From Schmidtea nova (Eukaryota): a stretch of 64,000 nt of DNA. The DNA is taken from the NCBI GenBank assembly GCA_044892505.1, contig CM097882.1, positions 237,584,001 to 237,648,000 of the forward strand, given 5' to 3'. Made by a program: the position numbers and the translations under genes. Positions 37,301 to 51,308 of this stretch are shown in pieces (position 1 is the first letter of the stretch; the number at the start of each line of letters is the position of its first letter). The notes under the pieces were generated by a model. It was given only the letters and a program-made list of their open reading frames with translations. It searched no databases and had not been told where the DNA came from.

Positions 37301-38035
37301 TTTGTTATTTAAAATGAGACAAACAATTACGGATTTAATGATCAAATAATGTTCTTCACATAAAAGAGAGATGCACAAACATTTTTACTGTAGGCATCGA
37401 AAGAAAAAACTGAAGCTATTTATTTTTCATTCGGCTAAATATATTTTTACTTATGATAGCATCTTTGTTGGCTATACTACCAAGCGCGTGTGTTACATAT
37501 CTCATTCCATAAGTACAAAACTATCCATAAAAGTAAGATCCTTTCGTAAGAATGAATAGGAAGTTTTTAAGTTAGGCTAATTTCTGGTGTTTCTATAATA
37601 TTCATTTGCTTTCACTATCGGAAATCCTTGCATCTTCATGAATATCCAGGTGATGAAGTTTTAATTTAGTTATTCGTGTTAGATTAGATTGTTGTCCCCT
37701 TATTTTATCTCTTCTGATATGGAAGACTGTTAACCTGTTAACCAAGCTGAAAATACTATTACGTTCATAGATATTTATAAACAAAAACAAATGATAACAT
37801 ATTTTTGATGATTATTTGTTATTACAAACATGGACAGTACGAATATGCTATAAATTACCTAGTATCACGCGGGACGTTATAATACTTTACATATTATAAC
37901 CAATCTTCTTCTCGTAGAATCTTGCATTTTGTTTCTTCTATAGATAGAGGTCTTTTATGTACTTTTCCCCAGTGTTCGCAATAATTACAGGTTTTGTTTT
38001 TAGTGTGTTCATTAAGTCGGATGCAAAAGGTTCTA

Positions 38036-38243
38036 CAAGCAACCTTCGTTTAACGCGTTTTACTAGTTCCGTGTTATCTAAAACCGGGTTTAAATAAAAC
38101 TAAAAATTTACATATAAAAAAATATTTATAATAAGAAAATAAATTAAAAATTTAATTATATTTTGAAAAACATTATCTTACATTTAAAATCCGTGTTCTC
38201 AAAGTACCTCGTTAAAGGAGGTACTTTAAACGAGGGTTACATG
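38036..38243. mobile_element. Degenerate pogo/Tc1-type MITE
   Basis: TA|CAAGCAACCTTCGTTTAA versus the reverse complement of the right end, TA|CATGTAACCCTCGTTTAA. Confidence 0.5.
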
Positions 38244-40749
38244 TAATAGACAATTGAAATAAAATATAAATTAAAAAAACCTTTATTTTTAATCTATAAC
38301 AATACATTTACATTTTAATAATATCTGCAAATTCAATTTTCCTTCAAACGATGCAAAATACTTCTCCTTTGCACAATAGTTTTAAACGGTTATTTAATTT
38401 TGAAAAAGAAATATTTATATAAATAATTCGTTTTTAATTAAATATAAATAAATTAAAAATATTTATCATACTAAAGATTGAGAGAATAAATCAAAATGTG
38501 TATCCTCATCTTCTGTTTTATCAACACATACTTTCCGCATATTTCCTGTTATAAGTTCAGTGAAATAGCATTTAAAAGTAAGTGCCTGAAAAGTGTGTTG
38601 AAAAAGGANNNNNNNNNNNNNNNNNNNNNNNNNNNNNNNNNNNNNNNNNNNNNNNNNNNNNNNNNNNNNNNNNNNNNNNNNNNNNNNNNNNNNNNNNNNN
38701 NNNNNNNNNNNNNNNNNNNNNNNNNNNNNNNNNNNNNNNNNNNNNNNNNNNNNNNNNNNNNNNNNNNNNNNNNNNNNNNNNNNNNNNNNNNNNNNNNNNN
38801 NNNNNNNNNNNNNNNNNNNNNNNNNNNNNNNNNNNNNNNNNNNNNNNNNNNNNNNNNNNNNNNNNTTTTTAAACATTAAAGAACTCACAGTACTCCATAT
38901 TTTTCAACAAAAAAATCAGAAAACTTTATATATTTATTTAACTATTTAACCAACTCAAAACAAATTTATCCCAAATATGAGAACGCGTCAATTTGTAATG
39001 TTCAGAATATTAAAATAATTTTACTTGTCATTTTATTGTCCGAAAATCATAAAAACAAAATAAAAACTAATAAAATATTAAAACTAAAAATTAAATAAAT
39101 ATTTAATGTTAATCTTTAAATAATTTTATTTTGTTTATGCAGATTAAACTTATTTATTTTGTTCAAACATTTTTTCTATAATCTTTTTATAGAATTGTTT
39201 ATTTCTTGCCTAGACAGATCTGTTCAGCCTGTAGATCACTCACAATTACTTGTTTGAAATGAATCAGTGTTTCTTTATATATTAATTCAACTATTAAAAG
39301 AAAAAGGCTAAAATTAGCATTTTTTAAAAGACTTATTAATATTTTAAAATAAAATAAATTTTTATATTATTTTTACAATTTATCGATTATTCCATTCAAC
39401 GACGATGGAGCGATTAAAATTCGAGAAATGAAAAATATCCACTTTAAATTTAGTCCGTTTGTAGTGATTTCAAGGACTCATTATTCATGGAGATATTTTC
39501 CTTCTCAAATCTTAGCTCAGACCAACATCATGAACAGTTTGAAAATCATGTGCATATTCACTTGTCAGGAAATTCTCCATCAAATTTTGTAAGTTTAAAA
39601 ATAAATTATTTTTTAAATATTTTGATAAATACGTTCACCTGAATATAAACGATTGACAGTTGGAGAAATTAAGATTTGTAGAGATAATATTACTTTTATT
39701 CGTTTTGGAATCATTTCAATTTACGATGAAAAATAAATTGCTATGAAGGAAAAATCTTTTTGTGTCTCTAAAAATTCAATGATTTAGCAATAACACGAAA
39801 TATAAGTGTATTCGAATTTCTATTTATTATATATGGTATACATCGAAAGTTTAGTCATCACCTGTCGTTGTTCATAGGTTTACTGCATCTTCAGAATTCA
39901 AGGGAAGAGTAAATGTGATTCTGCGCTCCTTCAAATCACCCCCAAAAAGAACATCCGAAGTCTAAGACTACATTATTAAAGTTGTTAGGTAATACTTTAT
40001 TAAGCCAAATATTTTGTTTTTTAACCACTTTATGAATGTTGTACAGTTTTGTAGTCATATCTATTCTTAAAAGTGCCAGTAAACAAAACTTATTTAATCC
40101 TTTAGTGAGTAAATGATTTAATTTTTCCTTCTTTAGTGCAGACACTTTAAGGACATATTGAAATTACTGAAAAATAATTAAAGTATTTTATGGTGGTTTG
40201 AAATCTCCAAAGAAATGACATTTCAATCACAAAGAAATTCAAGAATTCAAACATCTTATCTACCTATTCAAAATTGATGGGAATTATACTTTTCACAGTC
40301 TACGAAAGGATTAAATGTTTTTCTTTCTTTTTATATAAGCTTGAACGTATTGTTGTTAATTTTTTATAATTATAATTATTATGATTATTATTTTAAATAA
40401 GATTGAACGTATTGTTGGTAAATTTATTACTGGTAATCCTTCCTAAATATAACTCGTCAAAGCACATTGAATACGTTAAGCTTAACTCCATCAAATCGAA
40501 GATGTTGACTATCACAACGTATTTACCGTTAGAAATAGCATTGAATATGACATTCAAACTTAATTTTATTAAAAAAATTAAAAACAAATTTTTTAAAGTG
40601 TAAAAAAAATNNNNNNNNNNNNNNNNNNNNNNNNNNNNNNNNNNNNNNNNNNNNNNNNNNNNNNNNNNNNNNNNNNNNNNNNNNNNNNNNNNNNNNNNNN
40701 NNNNNNNNNNNNNNNNNNNNNNNNNNNNNNNNNNNNNNNNNNNNNNNNN

Positions 40750-40793
40750 AAGCTTTCTCCGCAATGTTGGCTTAAACATTGCGGAGAAGGCTT
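40750..40793. repeat. 19-bp hairpin with one mismatch and a 6-nt loop
   Basis: aagctttctccgcaatgtt-ggctta-aacattgcggagaaggctt. Confidence 0.85.
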
Positions 40794-41098
40794 ACTATTG
40801 TTACCTTATTATTATATTTTAATAAACTCTGCTAACGNNNNNNNNNNNNNNNNNNNNNNNNNNNNNNNNNNNNNNNNNNNNNNNNNNNNNNNNNNNNNNN
40901 NNNNNNNNNNNNNNNNNNNNNNNNNNNNNNNNNNNNNNNNNNNNNNNNNNNNNNNNNNNNNNNNNNNNNNNNNNNNNNNNNNNNNNNNNNNNNNNNNNNN
41001 NNNNNNNNNNNNNNNNNNNNNNNNNNNNNNNNNNNNNNNNNNNNNNNNNNNNNNNNNNNNNNNNNNNNNNNNNNNNNNNNNNNNNNNNNNNNNNNNNN

Positions 41099-41299
41099 TG
41101 ACTATAGATCAAATTTTTTTTATAAACAATAACACAATATTTCGGCACAGCCTTTATCAAGTGTGTATTTTTAGTGTGTATTTTTAGAAATACACACTTG
41201 ATAAAGGCTGTGCCGAAATATTGTGTTATTGTTTATAAAAAAAATTTGATCTATAGTCATTATGAGAATTATTGATAATAATAATAAAAAAAGATCAAA
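41099..41299. mobile_element. Palindromic foldback/MITE family, copy E (near-perfect arms, bounded by N gaps)
   Basis: An arm of about 70 bp, tgactatagatcaaatttttt..caataacacaatatttcggcacagcctttatcaagtgtgtattt, and its reverse complement. Confidence 0.92.
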
Positions 41300-44200
41300 N
41301 NNNNNNNNNNNNNNNNNNNNNNNNNNNNNNNNNNNNNNNNNNNNNNNNNNNNNNNNNNNNNNNNNNNNNNNNNNNNNNNNNNNNNNNNNNNNNNNNNNNN
41401 NNNNNNNNNNNNNNNNNNNNNNNNNNNNNNNNNNNNNNNNNNNNNNNNNNNNNNNNNNNNNNNNNNNNNNNNNNNNNNNNNNNNNNNNNNNNNNNNNNNN
41501 NNNNNNNNNNNNNNNNNNNNNNNNNNNNNNNNNNNNNNNNNNNNNNNNNNNNNNNNNNNNNNNNNNNNNNNNNNNNNNNNNNNNNNNNNNNNNNNNNNNN
41601 NNNNNNNNNNNNNNTAATTCGCAATGGATAATGAAAGATATTTAGTAATAAAAATAAAATATTAAAATACTTTCCATAAAGTGAATGCAGTATATCTTCT
41701 CAGTTATGCCGTATAATTCACAATAAATTATGACATGTAACACAAACTAGACCGACTGTATTTTTTACGTCTGCCAATTTGGATGAAAGAAGATTGTTTA
41801 TTCAGTCGCTTACAAATAGTTCAGTTATAATTCATTCAAACATTTTCAATTTTAAACTTAATATGGACATTATTTTTTTTGAAAATTTATAAAGATTATT
41901 ATTGGGATTTTTTTTATTAAAATAAAAAAAACATTTAAAGATTATTTTCAATAAACCTAGTTCAACAACTCAGGTGTTTGTTATCGGTATACAAATTCAA
42001 AAATAAATATACTTATAAGTAAAGAAATTTTGATTTTGTTGAAAAAACCATTTAATTCTAAAATATATAAAATGGAACTTTCATTCTGAAGGTTTTTAAT
42101 TTATTTATATTCGAAAACATTTTTAGGATTATAAATGGACCTATAAGTATAATTATGGTTAATTGACCAATCTAAATATTCTTTTTATGAAAAAATATTA
42201 TTTTCTATTTTCTATTATTTTATTTTAAGAATAAATAAAATCTATAAAAGTAGGAAAATTCTTTGAGTTTTTTTAGTTTGATAAGAGGTTTCAAAGGCTG
42301 TTTTTGTCTTGATGATTTTATATGTGACTATTTTAGAAAAGGTAAGTTTAGATATTATTTATTTTATAAAAAATCTTTTCTATTTTATTCATTTCTATTT
42401 TCAAACAACTGGCAAATATTCTCAATTATAAATTTAAAAATTAAATTTATCTCGCAAAATGATTATTGTGTAATCAGTTCTAATATTTTTTGCATAAGGC
42501 TTCTTATATCAAATTGCCTCTACAATTTATAAAATAATATTGCTTCAANNNNNNNNNNNNNNNNNNNNNNNNNNNNNNNNNNNNNNNNNNNNNNNNNNNN
42601 NNNNNNNNNNNNNNNNNNNNNNNNNNNNNNNNNNNNNNNNNNNNNNNNNNNNNNNNNNNNNNNNNNNNNNNNNNNNNNNNNNNNNNNNNNTCATTGAAGC
42701 AGCAAATTTAAGACTCGAAATCTTTGAATAATCTTAATTGCATAAATCTAAATTATTTAAAATTGTTCCTATTTTAAAAGACCAAAAAATATTTTGTCAG
42801 ATATTTTGTCAGACATTCAGAAAAAAGTTTTGTAAAGAAGAGATTGTAAAAACACTTAGTAGGGCATTTTAAACATTAAAATGAAAATAAATTTTAACAG
42901 GTTGTCTATAATTTAAAAATTGTTGAGTCCGTAATTTTTTAAGAATTTTAATTTTGCAAGCATTTATATTGCATCTTAAAATATAATTATTATTTATAAT
43001 TATATTTTGATTTAATAGCAATCATTTTTTACTAGTCGTTTTAAAAATTCTTTAGATATGCAAAAACAAAAGTCAAGTAATATTTTTATTTTAATCAATT
43101 TTATAATTTGTATATTTCACATTTAAATAAAATTTGAATACAATCTTAAAAACATAAAAAAAAAGAAATTAACTGTTAAAATAATGCTAATTTAATTTAA
43201 CATGTTTTTAAAAATCAGAAANNNNNNNNNNNNNNNNNNNNNNNNNNNNNNNNNNNNNNNNNNNNNNNNNNNNNNNNNNNNNNNNNNNNNNNNNNNNNNN
43301 NNNNNNNNNNNNNNNNNNNNNNNNNNNNNNNNNNNNNNNNNNNNNNNNNNNNNNNNNNNNNNNNNNNNNNNNNNNNNNNNNNNNNNNNNNNNNNNNNNNN
43401 NNNNNNNNNNNNNNNNNNNNNNNNNNNNNNNNNNNNNNNNNNNNNNNNNNNNNNNNNNNNNNNNNNNNNNNNNNNNNNNNNNNNNNNNNNNNNNNNNNNN
43501 NNNNNNNNNNNNNNNNNNNNNNNNNNNNNNNNNNNNNNNNNNNNNNNNNNNNNNNNNNNNNNNNNNNNNNNNNNNNNNNNNNNNNNNNNNNNNNNNNNNN
43601 NNNNNNNNNNNNNNNNNNNNNNNNNNNNNNNNNNNNNNNNNNNNNNNNNNNNNNNNNNNNNNNNNNNNNNNNNNNNNNNNNNNNNNNNNNNNNNNNNNNN
43701 NNNNNNNNNNNNNNNNNNNNNNNNNNNNNNNNNNNNNNNNNNNNNNNNNNNNNNNNNNNNNNNNNNNNNNNNNNNNNNNNNNNNNNNNNNNNNNNNNNNN
43801 NNNNNNNNNNNNNNNNNNNNNNNNNNNNNNNNNNNNNNNNNNNNNNNNNNNNNNNNGAAACCTCGATGATTTTAATTAATCAAAATGAAATTTTTTTGGC
43901 TTTTAATTTTAAATTTTGAATTTATTGTTTTCATTTGAAACCATTTTTCTGATTAATTATTTTCATTTAATTAAATTAAAATATTTAATTTATTCATGTC
44001 ATAATCGTCACTCTGATTTTATATTTGTCGGCATTTTGCCCAAGTAATTAGATTTTCGGCATAATTATTAACATTTCAAAGACAATTTTTCTTTCGATTT
44101 TTTCCAACTTTGTTTTACACTTTCTAGTACGTATTCATATTGATAAAACAAATTCCAAATTTCAGACCAAGAAAAAAGCTTATAATTGATTTTTACACGA

Positions 44201-46082
44201 GAAAATGAAATTTTTAAAATTACACAAATTATATTTTTCTGACATTTCTAATCAATGCACTTTAACACGAAACTTTTTACTGTTAAATTAATTTTTATTT
44301 CACAATCCTTAAAAACTTAACAAATAATTTTCTACTTCAGTTCATATATCTTTTTATGTACACATTTTACAAGAGTATTTATTATAAAATATAAAATAAA
44401 TGCATATAAACAGTATATTCTAAGATATTTATTAATAATATAAAAATGTTGATAGTAAAATTACATATTTATCATTGCACGTCCTTAACCTTTGTTTAAT
44501 ATTATTTTTTAGATTTTTCTATACTATATTGAAATATTATTATTTAAGTAAAAATCTTTATGATTTTTNNNNNNNNNNNNNNNNNNNNNNNNNNNNNNNN
44601 NNNNNNNNNNNNNNNNNNNNNNNNNNNNNNNNNNNNNNNNNNNNNNNNNNNNNNNNNNNNNNNNNNNNNNNNNNNNNNNNNNNNNNNNNNNNNNNNNNNN
44701 NNNNNNNNNNNNNNNNNNNNNNNNNNNNNNNNNNNNNNNNNNNNNNNNNNNNNNNNNNNNNNNNNNNNNNNNNNNNNNNNNNNNNNNNNNNNNNNNNNNN
44801 NNNNNNNNNNNNNNNNNNNNNNNNNNNNNNNNNNNNNNNNNNNNNNNNNNNNNNNNNNNNNNNNNNNNNNNNNNNNNNNNNNNNNNNNNNNNNNNNNNNN
44901 NNNNNNNNNNNNNNNNNNNTTTAGTTGAAAAATAATAATAAGAAAATCTGTATGTGTCATTTTTTGTTTTTTAATTTATATATATTTTCACATGTTTATT
45001 AGTTATTAATCCATTTTTTATAAATTTATGTATTGTACACATGAGAAGCACACACACAAACTACACATATTCACTCCAATTGTGTGGAGACTAGACTGGA
45101 CTCAACAATTTCCTTCAACACTTATATTTACAAATACTAATAACAAATTAATATTTCATAATATTATTATTAATTATTATTTTTAATATTTTAAAAGGTT
45201 TTAAGATTTTGTAGATTTTTCATGTTTATAATTTTACTCCAATAGACTCTGTGATACATTAACATGTATATCATAAATAATATGTCTATGTTTTAATGCT
45301 AATTATTCTTATTAAAAAGTGAGAGATTGACATTCATTTAATTACAAAATAATATTTATAAATAATATTTTATATTTTCAAATTCCGACAGAAGGGAGTT
45401 TTCAAATTGTTGACCAAAAACGTTTTCCATATGTAATAATTAGTAACCAATTTGGACTTTGAAGATTCAATAAATTCTTTGAGAACCATAATGGTATTTC
45501 TACGAAGTTTATTATTATAATGCTATATTTAATTATTATTCCACACCAACAAGCAAATGCCTATAAAATGCCTATGGACCTTAATTAAATCAGTATATTA
45601 TCCATAACTTAAATATTTTTTTAAAAACAATTAACAAAAAAAACGAAAATAAAAAAATTTTGCTTTTAAAAAAACAGCAAAATAAAAGTGACTGACATCT
45701 GAACAGCCATAATGAAAATGAGGAAAATGAAAAAGTATAAAACAGCAATTTTTTGATAATAATAAATATCACACTAAGCACTGAATTTACAACTAGAAAA
45801 CTTAAATTCAAAATATTCAAGGCTTACAAAATTGTCTGGAGAGCCTATTAAAATTTCTTTTAAATTAAAGGTGAAAGAGTGTATTCTAATATCGATTATA
45901 GTAAGTTATATTTATTGACATTTTTGCCTGGCTAGCCTTAAAAGTGAAAAATATAACTTTTATAAAACATAATTAATAAATTAACATTTCTAATTAATAA
46001 AATATTTCAAAGGCCCAGTAAAGAATCTGTAAATTAACAAAGAATTGTGTGAATACCTCGTACAAACCACAAATTTAAATTA

Positions 46083-46139
<57 letters not shown>

Positions 46140-46991
46140 ATATGTATATATATAATAGGAGACTGTCTGGTTTGAAAAGCTCTGGCAAACAATTTAAAAA
46201 CTTTTTAGAATAGTAAATAAATTAACAGCACATATGATAGTAAAAGAAAGTTGTTAAAAAAAATAAATAAATTTGATCATTTATATATTTCTTAATTTCT
46301 GAAACATTTTTGCATATTTCTTTTATTATCAAATATTCTTTGAGAGTAGAACAAATTAATATTGCATAATTAAAAATAATTATTTAATAAATATTATTTT
46401 AATTTTTTTATAATTCTTATATAAATATATATATATAAATTTGGTGTACATAACAATTATTATAATTTGAAAGGTATCAGATTATCTGAGGTAAATTAAT
46501 AATTTAAGTATCAAGGAATTAAGAGATTATAGGTTTTCGAATTAAATATTTATAAACATTGACTGGATAACTTGTGCCCTGACTGAATAATACTCTTGTG
46601 CCCGGAAAAGTATTATTCGTGAGTCGTCAAAATAAAATTTTAAAAATTATTTTTTTTTGATAAAAAAACTTCAAATATTTTTAGTAATTTAGATATTTTT
46701 GTTCAATAGGTTTTTAGATGAAGAACTTTTGAAAAGTAGAAAATAATATAATGTTTATCTGACACGACAAATGTTTTCATCTATATTAATAATCCTACTG
46801 ATAATCTGGTATATGAACCAATTGTAATAATAACTCTACCTCAGCGGCAAATTATTTATACCCTTGATAAGAAAATATGATCTGTGGTCTTTAAAAAAAC
46901 ATTAAAAATTTAATCTTTACACTGGATTGTTTTTAATGTCATATTTGCAAAATAAGGGTTCCATATTATTAAATGAAAAATAAAAATTTAC

Positions 46992-47142
46992 CATAAGAAT
47001 CAGTCAAAACTCGACAAGTAATAATTGTGCCACAAGTACTGAAAAGGTCACGCAGTTTATCTTGATTGTAATTTCTTGGCACAGAACCCACATAAAGATT
47101 TGCTCCTTTTATCATTTCTGAACTTGGTCTGGCTAGAGAAAC
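46992..47142 (-). CDS. elav-like: ELAV/Hu-family exon encoding the end of RRM1 and the N-terminal half of RRM2
   Basis: aattag|GTT TCT CTA gives [51 protein letters not shown]|gtaaat (ELAV: [23 protein letters not shown]...IITSRIL). It is 151 nt with a phase-1 end that joins GT at 23521. Not in the ORF track. Confidence 0.93.
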
Positions 47143-47956
47143 CTAATTATATAATGGTTAATTAATTATTAAATTTTAATGTATTAATTTTAAAATTTAT
47201 ATTTTATTATTATATTCTGTGTTAGAAGCATAATATTTTTACTTTCTTCATATAATCTTTTCAAATAGTATTAAGTAGTTATAATTATTTGTAGAAATCT
47301 TTGTTTAAAAGGTAATTAGAAGAAAAACTGTATTTCTTGAATAAAATTTAAGGTAATAAATATTTCCAATGTATTTATGTTAAAAAATGAATAATGAATA
47401 TATCCCAATCACTTTTGTAAATTTCGGTAAATAACTTGCATGTATTCTTATGTTCAATAGTAATGTTTCCCAATTAAACATGCTCTATAATATTTTTACA
47501 GAAATGAATGGAAGTCTATACAATGAATCTCCAATTTTATTAATAGATAAATATTAAAAAACCTCCTAAAATATTTCAAGTCAAAATTTAGATAAATCAA
47601 ATTTTAAAACGATTCTAAAAATAAAATTAAACACTGTGAAATTCTTTAAAAATTTACAATTTAATGACTGATTAAATAAAATTAATAAAAGTAATTAATA
47701 AAATTAATAAAATAATTTTAAATTTATCATTTACTAATTTTAAATGCCTTTTGGACTTCTAAAAAATTATAAGTTATGGAAACGATATTAATCTTGTTGA
47801 AATAATAGTGTAGAAAAAAGAAATAATTCATCATTTTCATGGTTTTCGTAAAGGTTATTCATGAAAAAACCCCTTGAATAATATCCCATAAGCAATATTC
47901 TTGTGTACATTTTCATCTTTGACAGTATCCCTTTGGTTCTTTGGTATATTGTCAAC

Positions 47957-48030
<74 letters not shown>

Positions 48031-49599
48031 ATGTATGTGTGTGTGTGATAAGCTGATATTTATTTACATTCTATCACTGAATAGAGTGATATTGTACGGA
48101 TACCCTAATTGATACATCTTATATATTTTCTCGTAATGTCTTCACTTGTCTTAAAATAATATATAAAAATCTTGTATTTAATTATATTGAATGATCAAAT
48201 ATTAGTCTTATAAATGAATGAAATGACCTATAAATCTCGTCAGTTTTTTACAAAGATAGTGGCCAAATATTCCGTCATATTAGATAATGGAGATTAATAC
48301 GTATTGTTATAAAGACCACAAAATATATTGACACAAATATATTTTTATAAACTCGGCATTAGCAATAGATTCTAAGAAATTAAATTCCATTAGGAATAAT
48401 ATCTTAAAGCTTATAAAGAAAAAATGGTTACACATAACATAATAATGTACGACTGAGTAATCAAGAAAATTTATAATAAAAAATCAAAAAATCATAAATA
48501 ATATAAATATGAATTATTAACTTTGCCGGATTAATTTGATATTTTTAGTGTCCTTTAAATCAATCAAAAATAGTAACAAATTATAAAATAATTAATATAA
48601 TAATTATATTAATTCTACTTTATTTAGCAGTGTAAATGAGCCATTTTCATTACTTAGTCGACTTTGCAGTATTTCCTTCATAACTCAAACAAGCAAAATC
48701 ATTTATGTTTTTTATAGAAATTCAAAGGCAAAATAAGTTAATTTACTGTTTATAAAACTGCTAAAAACTGCCAAATATTGTTGAATTTTCTTAATGTAAA
48801 AATCAAATAAATCACACAAAAACCTTTACTAATGAATCTACCGAAATAAAATTTTAAATATATTATTTATCACATCAAAATTTAGTTATCCTTTTTTCCA
48901 TGCACTGATTATCCATAAAAAGAAAATATTTTAGTATTAAAATGCTAGAATATTTTATGAATTAATTTTGATATAATTTTAATTTGAGTTCAAATGACGG
49001 CTAAAATTCATTTAATAATAATCGAGTCCATGAAAATTCTAAGAAAAACGTTTGATTATCTCACATTAATTTTAATGACATTAGTCGACGGATTTTCTGT
49101 TATCTCTATTAACTATGATAAAATCTACTATAATTCATTAATGCCAACAAAATAAATGATTGCAATAAATGTAGAAAACTCTCTATTAATTAATTGAAGA
49201 CTGTTGTTTTATAGATATGAAATCATTACGTCGTCTGCGGTATGTGATAATAAATTCATCAACAAAAATTACAATATTTTATAAAAATATGTATTAGAAG
49301 TGAATAAATTTAAAGGAGAAAGAAAATTAACTGAAAAAACAAGAAAGAATTTCTTAAAAACTTGAAATTTTATTTTACTTAATAAATACAATAAAATGCA
49401 TGACATGTAACAAATATTAGAAAGATTGACATTTAATGTCCGGAGTAATTAATATATTTTCAAACATTTTATCAGCAAGTTTTTGGAGCTTTTAGACTAA
49501 ATGTGGCACCAAATGTGTGCAATTTTGATGTAGTTAAACTTAAAATTAAATAGTTTATCGACTTTTTAAAGATATATGTGAAATTTAATTATTATTATT

Positions 49600-50546
49600 A
49601 TTTTTATTTTTTAAAACTTTTATTTATATTCATCAATAATGATTTTATTTCTATTTTTATTATATATAAGTGTCTATTGAAAACTGAGTTTTTCAGCTTA
49701 AAATTTAATAAAATATTTATCTTAATGCAGAAACTTAACAAGTAGAAATCTGATGAAGCCAAATCTGGATTGCTGTGGAAATGGGGAAGCACATAAAGTC
49801 CACAGCTTTCAATTGTGACTTAAAATTAAATTTGTGTGAATGAGAGCGTTATAGTTTACTTAATAGAGCTCACAAAACATGCTATTTTTGGAACTTCATT
49901 GTTTCTTGTACAAGTTTTAAGTAGTAAGAGCTGTTACTTCGAACACCGCGTTTTGCAAAATTTAACAAAATAATTCCATTGGCATCCCAAAACACAGTCA
50001 ACGTGAGCGCGTTTTAGTGACTTATTGATGACTTCATCTTTTTAGAACAAACCACTCCAGGTAGTTTCCACACTTCAAATTTCCGTTTTGATTGTAAAAA
50101 ATATTGAAAGTTGTGTCCATAGTAATAATATTATACAAAATTCTCAATCAAACATCGTCTAAGGTCTGAAGATTCTCTTTGCAGCACTGCAGACTTTGCA
50201 TTTCAGCTGTTAAAAACATTGTACGAAGCGACAGTATACTTTTCCTATGCTATTATCACTGAAAAATGTATAAATACTACCTTTACTCACATTCAGGGGC
50301 ATTGTTAACTCTCTGATTTTCATTTTGCCTCTCAATCTAAACAACATTTCTTAGGTTTTTAGTTGCATTTTCTTAGATTTTACAAGGCCTTCCTGGCTTT
50401 GCTCATCATAAACTGAGGTTTCACCACATCCCAAAGTAATTGTGTCAATGACCACCATAAGCATAACTCAGGTCTGTATTGACATCTTCTGTATCTTGCC
50501 ATTGATAAAGAGAAAATGGATGACTGCGATATTACACGCTTTCCAT
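49600..50546 (-). mobile_element. Degraded mariner transposase pseudogene
   Basis: Minus strand: MES..YR.VIHFLF.NG (N-terminus, ATG 50546), TVFWDANGIILLNF..G...NS.YY, and LPH..SNPDLASSDFYL (resembles HPPYSPDLAPSDF); many stops and frameshifts. Confidence 0.85.
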
Positions 50547-50633
50547 GGACATTTTAGAATATTATTTTTATATTTATTAATTAAGTGAAAACTGGTTAAT
50601 ACAGATCCCAGTATATTTATCTATAAACATGAC

Positions 50634-50677
<44 letters not shown>

Positions 50678-51030
50678 CAGTTTCGTTTATTTTATTTATT
50701 TACCTCTCACTACTTATAGGGCACTCCACGTAAATAACGCACTGCTATGCTATTTAGCTGTAAATATAAGTCTTTAATGAATACTATTATAGCATTTGCT
50801 AAGGTGACATAATAGAATTATTTATTACAAGTCGAATAAGAAAATATATTGAGATGAAACTTGTAAACGCTGATCAAAACGGAATAAATGTCCAGTCACA
50901 ACCTTACACTTTTCAATTGATTAAAAAAGCTCATAAGGTTTTGTGGGAAGTAAGAAAATAAAAATTAGTTATCAGTTAATAATAAAATTTCAATTTTGAA
51001 AAACGGGTCAAAGATAGAATAAATGTCGGT

Positions 51031-51308
51031 AAATTTTTAAAATATTATTTTAAAATATATTTTAAAATTTTCTTTTATTATTTCTCTGAGCTACATTATA
51101 TTCACTTTTTGAATCTTCCCTAAGTTTAGTTCTTTTTGGATCACTATTTTAGATAACCATTTAAGTTATACGAATTTCTAAAAAATGAACCAAAAAAACT
51201 AAACTTTGGGATGATTCAAAAAATGAATATAATGTAGCTTAGAGAAAATTTGAAGAATAATAAAAGGAAATTTAAAAATATATTTAAAAATAATATTTAA
51301 AAAAATTA
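51031..51308. repeat. Second foldback-type inverted repeat with arms of about 110 bp
   Basis: ttctctgagctacattatattcactttttgaatcttccctaagtttagtt pairs imperfectly with aactaaactttgggatgattcaaaaaatgaatataatgtagcttagagaa; AT-rich outer arms also pair. Confidence 0.8.

Noticed and set aside
36000-37800. Possible LINE endonuclease/RT remnants (GGGIGI, EG.P, RG....LTR-like peptide hints)
   Set aside because: Too degraded for motifs to be assigned with confidence by eye.
8523-41187. Recurring peptide IFRHSLYQVC in several short ORFs
   Set aside because: It is the translation of the palindromic MITE core read on either strand, not a protein family.
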